Assembly (NCBI GenBank): GCA_017557635.1
Contig: JAFYYH010000021.1
Location: 110,363 to 174,362, forward strand
Direction: 5' to 3'
Length of the DNA stretch: 64,000 nucleotides
Origin: Bacteroidaceae bacterium
Lineage (GTDB): Bacteria > Bacteroidota > Bacteroidia > Bacteroidales > Bacteroidaceae
Shown in pieces: positions 18,806 to 28,779 of this stretch; position 1 is the stretch's first letter; the number at the start of each line of letters is the position of its first letter. A model generated the notes under the pieces. That model saw nothing but the letters and a program-made list of their open reading frames with translations. It did no database searches and had not been told where the DNA came from. The position numbers and the translations under genes are program-made.

Positions 18806-20098
18806 ATGTCATATTTATTCACATCCGAATCGGTGTCTGAGGGACACCCTGACAAGGTAGCGGATCAGATATCCGATGCCGTCGTAGACGAACTCCTGGC
18901 TTTTGACCCCGAGTCAAAGGTAGCATGTGAGACACTTGTCACCACCGGACAGGTGGTGCTTGCCGGTGAGGTAAAATCCAAGGCCTACATTGACCTTCAG
19001 GAGACAGCCCGCCGAGTAATTAACCGTATTGGCTATACCCGCTCCGAGTACAAGTTTGACGGAGACTCATGCGGTGTATTCAGTGCCATTCATGAGCAGA
19101 GCGCCGACATCAACCGCGGCGTAGAGCGTGAGGACCCCGAGAACCAGGGTGCCGGTGATCAGGGAATGATGTTCGGTTACGCCACAAACGAGACCGATGA
19201 GTACTTGCCCGTATCACTTGCCCTCTCACACCGTATACTGCGTGTTTTGGCCGATATCCGCCGCGAGGGTAAGGTGATGACCTACCTGCGTCCCGACTCC
19301 AAGAGCCAGGTAACGGTCGAGTATAACGACAACGGCAAACCCGTACGCATCGACACCATCGTGGTTTCAACCCAGCACGATGAGTTCATCGCTCCTGAGA
19401 ATGCCACTGTCGAGGCCCAGTTGGAGGCTGACCGCAAGATGCTGGCCCAGATTGAATCGGACGTAAAGAACATACTGATACCGCGTGTTATCAGTACTAT
19501 TTCATCGGACAAGGTCAAGGCCCTGTTCAACGGTGAAATCAAGTATTTCGTTAATCCTACCGGCAAGTTCGTCATTGGCGGACCTCACGGAGACTCCGGT
19601 CTTACCGGCCGTAAGATCATCGTTGATACCTACGGAGGCAAGGGAGCCCACGGCGGCGGTGCATTCAGCGGCAAGGACCCCTCGAAGGTTGACCGCTCTG
19701 CTGCCTATGCAACACGCCACATCGCCAAGAACCTGGTAGCAGCAGGTGTGGCCGATGAGGTTCTGGTGCAGGTTTCATACGCCATCGGCGTTGCCAAGCC
19801 CATCAACATCTTTGTAAATACATACGGTACCAGCCACGTAAAACTGACCGATGCCCAGATTGCCGCAAAGGTGAATGAGATATTCGATATGCGCCCCAAG
19901 GCCATTGAGAACCGCCTCAAGCTTCGCAACCCCATCTACAGCGAAACCGCAGCCTACGGACACATGGGTCGTGAGCCGCAGACCGTAACCAAGGTCTTCA
20001 CATCACACTACATGCCCGCCAAGACCATAGAGGTGGAACTCTTCACCTGGGAAAAGCTGGACTATGTAGATAAGATCAAGCAAGCTTTCAACTTGTGA
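18806..20098 (+). CDS. metK: S-adenosylmethionine synthase
   Basis: [37 protein letters not shown] and [19 protein letters not shown] motifs. The ORF-track start 18755 lies inside the leader terminator, so ATG 18806 is preferred. Confidence 0.95.
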   Translation: MSYLFTSESVSEGHPDKVADQISDAVVDELLAFDPESKVACETLVTTGQVVLAGEVKSKAYIDLQETARRVINRIGYTRSEYKFDGDSCGVFSAIHEQSADINRGVEREDPENQGAGDQGMMFGYATNETDEYLPVSLALSHRILRVLADIRREGKVMTYLRPDSKSQVTVEYNDNGKPVRIDTIVVSTQHDEFIAPENATVEAQLEADRKMLAQIESDVKNILIPRVISTISSDKVKALFNGEIKYFVNPTGKFVIGGPHGDSGLTGRKIIVDTYGGKGAHGGGAFSGKDPSKVDRSAAYATRHIAKNLVAAGVADEVLVQVSYAIGVAKPINIFVNTYGTSHVKLTDAQIAAKVNEIFDMRPKAIENRLKLRNPIYSETAAYGHMGREPQTVTKVFTSHYMPAKTIEVELFTWEKLDYVDKIKQAFNL

Positions 20099-20106
20099 TA
20101 AAAAAA

Positions 20107-20133
20107 GAAAGGCCTGAGTTGTTCAGGCCTTTC
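20107..20133. terminator. bidirectional intrinsic terminator between convergent metK and the transglycosylase gene
   Basis: Perfect 11-bp stem GAAAGGCCTGA/TCAGGCCTTTC with a 5-nt loop, an A-tract upstream and a T-rich tract downstream. Confidence 0.8.
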
Positions 20134-20134
20134 T

Positions 20135-21058
20135 TCATTTTACCCATGCTGGGTTATGAACTTTGGTTTTTGAAGGATTGTAATGCTCGGCCTTTACATC
20201 GGGTATGTCGATGTAGTAGGTGCGGTGGGACTTGTTGTTGAGTTTGGACTCACGGAGCCACAGATTAGCACGCTTCAGGTCAGCGTAGGTTATCTTGTGG
20301 TCCTCGGCGAACTTTACCAGGTCCTCTACCGGGTCGGTGATCTTGATCTGCTCCTTGATGGGGATGTAAGGATAGAGGTCCTCGGTCTTGAAACGGAATC
20401 CGAATTTGCCGGGATCCTCAAACATCATCTTGGCGGCAAGGATGCGGAACATATAGCGTGAGGTCTCATCAACCAGCCACATGTCAAGGCCGTCCTTGGT
20501 GTGCTGGGCCTCAATGCGGCGGTCCATACCCTGCTGTCCTCCGTTGTAACTGGCGGCCACCGTCATCCAGTTTCCGTACTTGCCGTATGCCTCAAGCAGG
20601 TAACGGCATGCTGCCTCTGTTGCCTTTACGGTGTTATAGCGTTCATCGATGTTGGCGTTAACCTCAAGTCCATAGGCACGGCCCGTAGCCTGTGTGAACT
20701 GCCACAGTCCTGCGGCACCTGCTCCTGATACGGCCTGGGGATCAAGGTTGCTCTCTATTACCATCAGATACTTAAGGTCATCGGGCACACCCATGCGCTG
20801 AAGGATAGGTTCAATCTGGGGGAACAGTCGGTTGGCCCTCTTGATCATGAGGGTTGACATGTTGTGCGAGTATGTGAATGCTATCAGTTCACGGTCCATA
20901 CGCTCCCTGAGGTCTGCGCGGTCAAATTTGATCTTCTGACCTGCAAACACCACTGACTCCGGTACTGAAGGCGGAAGCTGCTGTGCTGTCTGACCATTAA
21001 TGGGGAAACAGACTGACAATAAAATAACTGAAAGTATAAGAAGTAATTGCTTTCTCAT
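20135..21058 (-). CDS. lytic transglycosylase (SLT domain, MltD-like), secreted
   Basis: Signal peptide. VIESNLDPQAVSGAGAAGLWQFTQATG contains the catalytic ES and AGLWQF motifs of family 1 lytic transglycosylases. Confidence 0.85.
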   Translation of the reverse strand: MRKQLLLILSVILLSVCFPINGQTAQQLPPSVPESVVFAGQKIKFDRADLRERMDRELIAFTYSHNMSTLMIKRANRLFPQIEPILQRMGVPDDLKYLMVIESNLDPQAVSGAGAAGLWQFTQATGRAYGLEVNANIDERYNTVKATEAACRYLLEAYGKYGNWMTVAASYNGGQQGMDRRIEAQHTKDGLDMWLVDETSRYMFRILAAKMMFEDPGKFGFRFKTEDLYPYIPIKEQIKITDPVEDLVKFAEDHKITYADLKRANLWLRESKLNNKSHRTYYIDIPDVKAEHYNPSKTKVHNPAWVK

Positions 21059-21101
21059 AAATCATTGACTTAACGTGGCGGCAAAATTAGATTGTTTTCA
21101 T

Positions 21102-21109
21102 TAAATTTG
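21102..21109 (+). promoter_or_regulatory. Bacteroidota -7 promoter box (TAAATTTG)
   Basis: TAnnTTTG match 26 nt upstream of ATG 21136. Confidence 0.4.
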
Positions 21110-21135
21110 TAGCACTAACCCAAAATTTATCTCTG

Positions 21136-23499
21136 ATGAAAAGACTATCCCTGGTTCTTATCCTTACAACCCTGACTTTTTCAGCCTGCCGGCACGTAAC
21201 GGTTAACGTCGATGATTATTCCGCAATTATCGGTATGTCCGATGGTTCACTGACAATTACTCCGTTGAATGATAATGCCATTAGGGTGCAGTTTACCCCC
21301 AATGGAATAGAACTGCCCAGGCTTGAGAACCTTATCTACACGGAAACGCCGGATCACCACTATATAAGTTGCTCCCAAAACCTAAGGGGTCAGGTAATAG
21401 TCAGATGTGAGGATGGTAATCTGAAGGCGGTTGTAAACACCCGCAACGGAAAAATCACATTCAAGGATTCACAGGGAAACGTCATCCTTTCAGAGTCTGC
21501 CCGCTCACGTTCTGTTGTGGCAGGCAAAACCGGCAAATTCAACTCTCTTGCAGTTAGTCAGTCTTTCGTAACCGCACCCGATGAGTTCCTGTTCGGCACC
21601 GGTCAGTTCCAGGACGGATATCTGAACATACGCGGACTTACCCGCCGCCTCACCCAGGTGAACACCCAGATTTCTATCCCTATGATCATATCAAACAAGG
21701 GCTATGGAATTCTTTGGAACAACTACGGACTTACTGATTACAACCCGTCTGAAAGCATAATTGAACTGCAGCAGGGCGGCAGTGACGGAACATCGGTCAC
21801 GGTTAATGCCACCGGAACGGCAGGTAATGTTCGTGAACGCCGCTTCTTCAATGATTTCAACGGAGAATTGACCATAAAGAAATCAGCCGATTACTCCATC
21901 CTGCTTGATGTAGGCCAGGATATGGCGCGCAAGCACTTCATGAAGATTGATGATGACACGGTGATCAACGCCAACAACACCTGGCTGCCGCCCACATCAT
22001 CGGTTATAGTACATCTTGAAAAAGGTACTCACAAGGTTTTTGTAAGCGGCTCACGCGGTGACAAGCCTACCGTTGGAATACGTGAGGTTACAAATACCAC
22101 CACTTTCAGTTCACCCGTGGCAGTAGCACTTGACTATACCGTATTTGCCGGTTCGGCCGATGAAATCATCAGTTCATACCGCAACCTGACCGGTAAGGTT
22201 CCCGAAATGCCTGACTGGGCTTTCGGCTACATTCACTGCCGCGAGCGTTATGACTCCCAGAAAGAGTTGCTTGAGAATGCCCGCCGTCTCAAGACCGAGA
22301 ACTACAAGACCAGCGTGATTGTACAGGACTGGCAGTGGTGGGGCAAGTATGGTTGGAACGCCATGCAGTTTGACGAGGACAAGTATCCCGATCCCAAGGC
22401 CATGACCGATGAACTGCACCGAAACGATATGAAATTAATGCTGTCCGTATGGTCCAAGATAGACAAGAACAGTGAGGTGGGCCGTGAGATGAATGCAGCC
22501 GGATATTACATTGAGGGCACAGACTGGATAGATTTTTTCAATCCCGATGCTGCCGATGCATACTGGAAGAATTTCAGCCAGAGGCTGCTGCCCACAGGTA
22601 TTGACGCCTGGTGGCAGGATGCAACCGAGCCTGAGAACGATGACCTTAAGAGCCGTATGGTGGCAGGCGGTAAAATACCCGGTGAATTCTACCGAAACGC
22701 ATATCCCAACAAGGTAAACGAGACCGTCTATAACGGACTCAAGAAGGACCAGCCCGACCGCGACCCCATGATTCTGACCCGCAGCGGATTTACCGGAATA
22801 CAGCGTTACGGTGCCATCAACTGGTCAGGTGATGTAGGCAATGACTGGGAGACATTGAAGCGCCAGATAGCAGGCGGACTCAACCTCATGGCAACCGGCC
22901 AGCCCTGGTGGACATTTGATGCAGGCGGTTTTTTCCGTCCGGGCAACCAATACACAGACCCCGATTATCAGGAGCGTATGATGCGCTGGATACAGGTTGC
23001 AGTATATCTGCCGTTCATGCGCGTTCACGGCTACATGAGCCGCACCGAGCCCTGGAACTACTCAGAGGAGACACAACGTAACTTCCGTGAGCAGATAAAC
23101 CTGCGACAACAACTGCTTCCATACATACTGGAGTGTGCTAAAAAGGTCTCCCAAGAGAACTACACCATGATGCGCCCTCTGGTATTTGATTTCCCCGATG
23201 ACACAGAGGCTCTCAAACAGCAAACGGAATATATGTTCGGACCGTCACTGCTGGTATGCCCGGTAACCGAACCCGGCATCAAGACCATGCGCGTATATCT
23301 GCCTGAATATGAGAATGGATGGGTAACATTTGAACCTTATGACACAGACCGTACCGGAACAAAGAAACTTGTTTACAAGGGCGGGAGCTATGTAGATGTT
23401 CAGGTTAACGCCAACAGGATACCTGTGTTCCGTAAGGCAGACCAGACGGTACTCTGTGCTCCATTGGCCGTTCCACTTGGTCCTATTACATGGAATTAA
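21136..23499 (+). CDS. glycoside hydrolase family 31 (alpha-glucosidase/alpha-xylosidase-like), secreted
   Basis: 787 aa. Signal/lipobox LTFSAC. GIDAWWQDATEPE nucleophile-region motif and WSGD motif typical of GH31. Confidence 0.85.
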   Translation: MKRLSLVLILTTLTFSACRHVTVNVDDYSAIIGMSDGSLTITPLNDNAIRVQFTPNGIELPRLENLIYTETPDHHYISCSQNLRGQVIVRCEDGNLKAVVNTRNGKITFKDSQGNVILSESARSRSVVAGKTGKFNSLAVSQSFVTAPDEFLFGTGQFQDGYLNIRGLTRRLTQVNTQISIPMIISNKGYGILWNNYGLTDYNPSESIIELQQGGSDGTSVTVNATGTAGNVRERRFFNDFNGELTIKKSADYSILLDVGQDMARKHFMKIDDDTVINANNTWLPPTSSVIVHLEKGTHKVFVSGSRGDKPTVGIREVTNTTTFSSPVAVALDYTVFAGSADEIISSYRNLTGKVPEMPDWAFGYIHCRERYDSQKELLENARRLKTENYKTSVIVQDWQWWGKYGWNAMQFDEDKYPDPKAMTDELHRNDMKLMLSVWSKIDKNSEVGREMNAAGYYIEGTDWIDFFNPDAADAYWKNFSQRLLPTGIDAWWQDATEPENDDLKSRMVAGGKIPGEFYRNAYPNKVNETVYNGLKKDQPDRDPMILTRSGFTGIQRYGAINWSGDVGNDWETLKRQIAGGLNLMATGQPWWTFDAGGFFRPGNQYTDPDYQERMMRWIQVAVYLPFMRVHGYMSRTEPWNYSEETQRNFREQINLRQQLLPYILECAKKVSQENYTMMRPLVFDFPDDTEALKQQTEYMFGPSLLVCPVTEPGIKTMRVYLPEYENGWVTFEPYDTDRTGTKKLVYKGGSYVDVQVNANRIPVFRKADQTVLCAPLAVPLGPITWN

Positions 23500-23516
23500 A
23501 AAACAACATTCAGAAT

Positions 23517-25910
23517 ATGAAAAAATTACTGACCCTTTGCATTGCGATCGCCTCCATTCCGGGCGTCGTATCAGCCCAATCCAACACCCGTGTCGAGGTG
23601 ACATTCTTCACCCCGTCCATAGTTCACATCTACAAGGCTCCGGCCCAGAACAAGGATGTGAAACAGAGCCTTTCAGTGACCATGCAGCCCGAGCAGGTCA
23701 AGGTTACCCAGTCAAAGGACAAACTCTCTGACAACGTGATTGTGGATGTTTACAAATCCTCTGAACTGACCGTAAACGTCTACAACAACAGCGTTACCTT
23801 CAAGGACAAGAAGGGCAACACCATACTTCAGGAACTTGCCTACAATTTCGGCACACCCACCCAGGACAAACCCTCTTATGCCGATGTCAATGTCAAGCAG
23901 ACCTTCAGCCTTGACGAGGACGAGCCCATTTACGGACTTGGAATCCTTCAGGAGGGACGCATGGACATGCGCGGCACCGACCGCCGCATGATACAGGGCA
24001 ACACCGATGACTACTGCAATATCATCCAATCCATCAAGGGATACGGCCTGTTCTGGGATAACTACTCGCCCACCACATTCACGGCCGATGACAAGAGCAT
24101 CCAGTTCAGTTCCGATAACGGAGGCTGCATAGACTACTACTTCATCTGGGGCGGCGATGCCGACGGCGTCATTGCAGGCATCCGCCAGCTTACCGGTACC
24201 GTGCCCATGCTCCCGCTCTGGAGTTACGGATTCATGCAGAGCCGTGAGCGTTACAAGACATCGGCCGAACTGGTTCAGGTTCTGGACCGATACCGCTCTG
24301 ACGGTGTGCCCATTGACGTGATGATCCAGGACTGGCAGTACTGGGGTGACAACTATCTGTGGAATGCCATGGAGTTCAACAACCCCGATTTCAGCAATCC
24401 CGAGCGCTGGATCAAGCATATCCATGACCAGCATGCCAAACTGATGATCTCCATCTGGTCATCATTCGGCCCCATGACCAAGCCTTACCGCGAACTGCAG
24501 CCCAAGAACATGCTGATTGACATTCAGACATGGCCTCAGAGCGGTCTGTCCGACTGGCCTCCCCGCAGGGACTATCCTTCAGGGGTACGTCCATATGATC
24601 CATACAGCAAAGAGGCACGTGACATCTACTGGAACCATCTGACACGTCTCTTTGACCTTGACATTGACGGATGGTGGATGGATTCAACTGAGCCCGACCA
24701 CATGGATTTCCAGGAGAGTGACCTGGACCTGCCCACCGCAATGGGTCCCTGGCGCAGGGTACGCAACGCCTTCCCGCTTATGGCAGTAGGCGGTGTTTAT
24801 GACAATCAGCGCGCCATGGCCAACGGCAATGACAAACGCGTGCTCATACTGACCCGTTCTGTATTTGCCGGCCAGCAGCGCTACGGCTCCAACACCTGGT
24901 CTGGTGACGTGCAGTCCAACTGGAACTCACTGCGCAACCAGGTTCCCGCAGGCCTGAACTTTGCCCTGACCGGCAACCCCAACTTCAACAGTGACCTGGG
25001 CGGATTCTTTGCCAACAGTTACAACGAGCGTTCACAGGACGGCAGCGCCACTCAGAACCCGCTCTATCAGGAGCTCTACGTACGTTGGATGCAGTACGGC
25101 GTGTTCTGCCCCATGATGCGCAGCCACGGTACCGAAGTTCCGCGTGAACTCTACTACTACGGCAGCGCAGGCGAGCCTGTCTATGACGCCCTGCTGGGTG
25201 CAGTCAAACTGCGTTACACCCTGCTCCCCTACATCTACTCGCTGGCTCATGACGTCAATGCCAACAACGGCACCTACCAGCGCGCCCTGATGATGGACTT
25301 CAGGGATGACCATAACGTATGGAACATAGGTAATGAGTTCATGTTCGGACGTTCACTGCTGGCTGCTCCGGTACTTGAGGCCAAATACACCCCGGAGAGA
25401 GCCATGAGCAAGAGCCGCGCGGGCATCGGAACAGTTGATTTCATCGAGCCCAAGAGCACCAAGGTATATCTGCCGGCAGGAACCCGCTGGTATGACTATG
25501 AGACCCTGCAGATGTTTGAGGGAGGTCAGGAGATTGAGCGCAGCGTCAACATCAAGAGCATTCCGCTCTACGTAAAGGCAGGCAGCATCGTACCCATCGG
25601 ACCCGATGTACAATGGTCTACTGAGAAACCCTGGGATGACCTTGAGATACGCGTATTCTCAGGAGCCGACGGAACGTTCTGTCTCTATGAGGATGAGTTT
25701 GACAACTACAACTATGAGAACGGCGCCTTCACCACCATTGACTTCAAGTATGACAACAAGGCCCGTCAGCTTACCATAGGCGCCCGCAAGGGTTCATATG
25801 AAGGAATGATTCAGGAGCGGACCTTCCGCATAACGGTGGTTACCGACGGACACAAGAGAGAAGTTAAAAATGTAACATATACCGGTAAGAAAGTTTCGGT
25901 TAATCTCTGA
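23517..25910 (+). CDS. glycoside hydrolase family 31, secreted (tandem paralogue)
   Basis: ~797 aa from MKKLLTLCIAIAS. DIDGWWMDSTEPD and NTWSGDV motifs. Collinear similarity to the preceding GH31. Confidence 0.85.
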   Translation: MKKLLTLCIAIASIPGVVSAQSNTRVEVTFFTPSIVHIYKAPAQNKDVKQSLSVTMQPEQVKVTQSKDKLSDNVIVDVYKSSELTVNVYNNSVTFKDKKGNTILQELAYNFGTPTQDKPSYADVNVKQTFSLDEDEPIYGLGILQEGRMDMRGTDRRMIQGNTDDYCNIIQSIKGYGLFWDNYSPTTFTADDKSIQFSSDNGGCIDYYFIWGGDADGVIAGIRQLTGTVPMLPLWSYGFMQSRERYKTSAELVQVLDRYRSDGVPIDVMIQDWQYWGDNYLWNAMEFNNPDFSNPERWIKHIHDQHAKLMISIWSSFGPMTKPYRELQPKNMLIDIQTWPQSGLSDWPPRRDYPSGVRPYDPYSKEARDIYWNHLTRLFDLDIDGWWMDSTEPDHMDFQESDLDLPTAMGPWRRVRNAFPLMAVGGVYDNQRAMANGNDKRVLILTRSVFAGQQRYGSNTWSGDVQSNWNSLRNQVPAGLNFALTGNPNFNSDLGGFFANSYNERSQDGSATQNPLYQELYVRWMQYGVFCPMMRSHGTEVPRELYYYGSAGEPVYDALLGAVKLRYTLLPYIYSLAHDVNANNGTYQRALMMDFRDDHNVWNIGNEFMFGRSLLAAPVLEAKYTPERAMSKSRAGIGTVDFIEPKSTKVYLPAGTRWYDYETLQMFEGGQEIERSVNIKSIPLYVKAGSIVPIGPDVQWSTEKPWDDLEIRVFSGADGTFCLYEDEFDNYNYENGAFTTIDFKYDNKARQLTIGARKGSYEGMIQERTFRITVVTDGHKREVKNVTYTGKKVSVNL

Positions 25911-25921
25911 CAAAAAATATG

Positions 25922-25929
25922 TACCTTTG
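25922..25929 (+). promoter_or_regulatory. Bacteroidota -7 promoter box (TACCTTTG)
   Basis: TAnnTTTG match 22 nt upstream of ATG 25952. Confidence 0.45.
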
Positions 25930-25951
25930 CAGGCTGAAACATCATCCATAG

Positions 25952-27412
25952 ATGACAGAATTTGAAATGATAGCCAAGACCTTCCAGGGGCTGGAAGAGA
26001 TTCTTGCAAAAGAACTTATTGATCTGGGAGCCAATGGGGTGGCCATTGGTAACCGAATGGTGTCCTTCAAAGGAGACAAGGCCCTGATGTACAAGGCCAA
26101 CTTTCACCTGCGTACCGCAATCCGTATCCTCAAACCTTTCCTTCACTTCAAGGCCGACAGTGCCGATGAGGTTTATGACATCTGCCGTAAGGTTGATTGG
26201 GAAAAGTATATGGACCTGAGTGACAGTTTCGCTGTCGATTCAGTGGTATACAGTGAGGATTTCCGCCACTCAAAGTTTGTGGCTTACCGCGTCAAGGATG
26301 CCATAGCCGACTACTTCCGTGACAAATACGGCAAGCGCCCCAATGTAAGCGTTGCCAATCCGGACCTTACGTTCCACATCCACATCTCACATGACGACTG
26401 CTCACTCTCACTTGACAGCTCCGGCGAGTCACTGCACAAGCGCGGTTACCGTCAGGAGGCCATGGAGGCTCCTCTGAATGAGGTGCTGGCAGCAGGCATG
26501 ATACTCATGTCGGGCTGGGACGGCAAGTCCGATTTCGTTGACCCCATGTGCGGATCGGGCACAATTCCCATCGAGGCCGCACTCATAGCCAAGAACATGG
26601 CACCCGGTCTGTTCCGCAGCCACTTTGCTTTTGAGAAGTGGAAGGATTTTGACCGTGACCTGTTTGAGGAGATATATAACGATGACTCCGCAGAGCGTGA
26701 GTTCGAGTTCACCATCAAGGGATATGACAAGGATCCCAAGGCCATCCTGACAGCCAAGCGCAATGCCAAGGCTGCCGGTCTGCTTGATACCATCCAGTTC
26801 GAGCAGCGTGACTTCAAGGACTTTGAACCCGTCAAGGAGCGCACCGTCATCATTACCAACCCTCCCTACGGCGAGCGTCTGGTCGAGGATAACCTGCTTG
26901 GACTCTATGAGATGATCGGCGAGCGCCTCAAGCACGCCCTCATCGGCGGTGAGGCCTGGATCATCAGTTACCATTACGAGTGCTTTGACAAGATAGGCCT
27001 TAAGCCTTCTGCAAAGATTCCTCTCTTTAACGGAGCACTGCCCTGCGAACTGCGCAAGTACGAGATCTTTGACGGACGTTACAATGATTTCCGCGGTGGT
27101 GACCGCCGTCTCAAAAAGGACGATCTGCCCACCCGCCGCAGCAGTACCCTGCGCCATAAGGCCCGTCTGGCCGAGAAGCAGGAGGCACGTGATGCCGAGA
27201 AACCGTTCCGTAAGGATGAGGAGAGAAAGCCTTTCCACAAAACAGAAGGAAAGAAACCCTTCCGCAAGACCGAAGGTGGCAAGCCCTTCCACAAGAGTGA
27301 AGGTGGTAAACCCTTCCACAAGAGTGAGGGAGGCAAGCCTTTCCGCAAGAGTGAGGGAAAGAAACCTTTCCGTAAAACTGAAAACAAACCGTTCAGAAAC
27401 AATAAGAAATGA
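25952..27412 (+). CDS. THUMP-domain class I SAM-dependent RNA methyltransferase (RlmL/UPF0020-like) with repetitive basic C-terminal tail
   Basis: DPMCGSGTI (SAM-binding) and [10 protein letters not shown] (N-methyltransferase NPPY) motifs. The C-terminal 70 aa consist of KPF[RH]K[ST]EGG repeats. Confidence 0.8.
   Translation: MTEFEMIAKTFQGLEEILAKELIDLGANGVAIGNRMVSFKGDKALMYKANFHLRTAIRILKPFLHFKADSADEVYDICRKVDWEKYMDLSDSFAVDSVVYSEDFRHSKFVAYRVKDAIADYFRDKYGKRPNVSVANPDLTFHIHISHDDCSLSLDSSGESLHKRGYRQEAMEAPLNEVLAAGMILMSGWDGKSDFVDPMCGSGTIPIEAALIAKNMAPGLFRSHFAFEKWKDFDRDLFEEIYNDDSAEREFEFTIKGYDKDPKAILTAKRNAKAAGLLDTIQFEQRDFKDFEPVKERTVIITNPPYGERLVEDNLLGLYEMIGERLKHALIGGEAWIISYHYECFDKIGLKPSAKIPLFNGALPCELRKYEIFDGRYNDFRGGDRRLKKDDLPTRRSSTLRHKARLAEKQEARDAEKPFRKDEERKPFHKTEGKKPFRKTEGGKPFHKSEGGKPFHKSEGGKPFRKSEGKKPFRKTENKPFRNNKK
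27200..27400 (+). repeat. in-frame 27-nt tandem repeat (~7.5 units) encoding KPF[RH]K[ST]EG[GK]
   Basis: The translation reads [70 protein letters not shown]. Confidence 0.9.
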
Positions 27413-28680
27413 AGATTCTGTTACTTGGAAGCGGAGGCCGCGAGCATGCTCTGGCCTGGAAAATAGCCCAAAGCCCACAGCTTGACAAGCTTTACATCGC
27501 TCCGGGCAATGCCGGTACCGCAAACGTAGGTGAGAACGTAGCAATCAAGGCAAATGACTTTGAGGCAATCAAGGCATTCGTTCTTGACAAGAAGATCGAT
27601 ATGGTGGTTGTAGGCCCCGAGGATCCTCTGGTAAACGGCATTTATGACTATTTCCAGAATGACGCCGCACTGAAAGCCATCCCCGTCATCGGCCCCTCAA
27701 AGGAAGCCGCACAGATGGAGGGCAGCAAGGACTTTGCAAAGCGTTTCATGCAGCGCCACAACATCCCCACCGCAGCATATCAGACATTCACAGGTGAGAA
27801 TCTGGAGGAGGGACTCAAGTTCCTGGAGACACTCAAGGCTCCTTACGTACTCAAGGCCGATGGCCTGTGCGCCGGCAAGGGCGTGCTGATACTGCCCACT
27901 CTTGAGGAGGCCAAGAAGGAACTTAAGGAGATGCTGAGCGGTATGTTCGGAAACGCCTCATCACGAGTTGTGATTGAGGAGTTCATGAGCGGAATCGAGT
28001 GCTCTGTTTTCGTTCTGACCGACGGCAAGCACTACAAGATACTCCCCGAGGCAAAGGACTACAAGCGTGTAGGCGAGCATGACACCGGTCTGAATACCGG
28101 CGGCATGGGATCCGTTTCACCCGTTCCGTTTGCTACCAAGGAGTGGATGAAGAAGGTCGAGGACCGAATCATCCGTCCTACCGTCGAGGGTCTGGCCCAG
28201 GAGGGTCTGGTTTACAAAGGATTCATATTCTTTGGCCTGATCAACGTGGACGGCGAACCCAAGGTGATTGAGTACAACTGCCGTATGGGTGATCCCGAGA
28301 CCGAGAGCGTGATGCTCCGTCTCAAGAGCGACATCGTTGAACTGTTCAAGGGTGTGGCTGCAGGCAACCTCGACACCAAGACTCTTGAGCAGGATCCCCG
28401 CTCGGCTGTATGCGTGATGCTTGTATCCGGAGGCTATCCTCAGCACTATGACAAAGGCTTTGTAATAAGCGGAATCGATAAGGTAAAGGACAGCGTGGTA
28501 TTCCATGCAGGTACTGCTTTCGATGCTGACGGCAACGTTGTTACCGCCGGCGGCCGCGTCATAGCCGTAAGTTCATACGGTAAGGACAAGGAGGAGGCTT
28601 TGGCTCTCTCTTTCAAGGGTGCAAGCCTTATCGATTTTGAGAAGAAATATTTCCGCAGAGACATCGGCCAGGACCTCTGA
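27409..28680 (+). CDS. purD: phosphoribosylamine--glycine ligase
   Basis: [19 protein letters not shown]-terminus and ATP-grasp core. ATGA overlap with the upstream gene. Confidence 0.95.
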   Translation: MKILLLGSGGREHALAWKIAQSPQLDKLYIAPGNAGTANVGENVAIKANDFEAIKAFVLDKKIDMVVVGPEDPLVNGIYDYFQNDAALKAIPVIGPSKEAAQMEGSKDFAKRFMQRHNIPTAAYQTFTGENLEEGLKFLETLKAPYVLKADGLCAGKGVLILPTLEEAKKELKEMLSGMFGNASSRVVIEEFMSGIECSVFVLTDGKHYKILPEAKDYKRVGEHDTGLNTGGMGSVSPVPFATKEWMKKVEDRIIRPTVEGLAQEGLVYKGFIFFGLINVDGEPKVIEYNCRMGDPETESVMLRLKSDIVELFKGVAAGNLDTKTLEQDPRSAVCVMLVSGGYPQHYDKGFVISGIDKVKDSVVFHAGTAFDADGNVVTAGGRVIAVSSYGKDKEEALALSFKGASLIDFEKKYFRRDIGQDL

Positions 28681-28740
28681 CCCCGCCTCTGCAATAACAA
28701 TAAATAACTGTCAATTGATAGCCGTTAACCTTTAAAGGAC

Positions 28741-28748
28741 TATCTTTG
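28741..28748 (+). promoter_or_regulatory. Bacteroidota -7 promoter box (TATCTTTG)
   Basis: TAnnTTTG match 31 nt upstream of ATG 28780. Confidence 0.45.
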
Positions 28749-28779
28749 GGACTCTCTAATTACTTAGTTCATAGCAAAA

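Noticed and set aside
27200-27400. The regular 27-nt repeat array considered as a possible CRISPR-like or noncoding satellite
   Set aside because: The units are contiguous without spacers, stay in frame with the methyltransferase, and encode a coherent nonapeptide. This is a coding tandem repeat.
26429-27544. 371-aa antisense ORF opposite the THUMP methyltransferase/purD junction. Similar long antisense ORFs occur at 23712-24434, 36834-37571, 40939-41604, 5316-5870 and 16416-16892.
   Set aside because: These are shadow ORFs on the strand opposite well-supported genes. Their translations are low-complexity (Leu/Val/Gly/Ala-rich) without motifs. In part they mirror the repeat region of the real gene.
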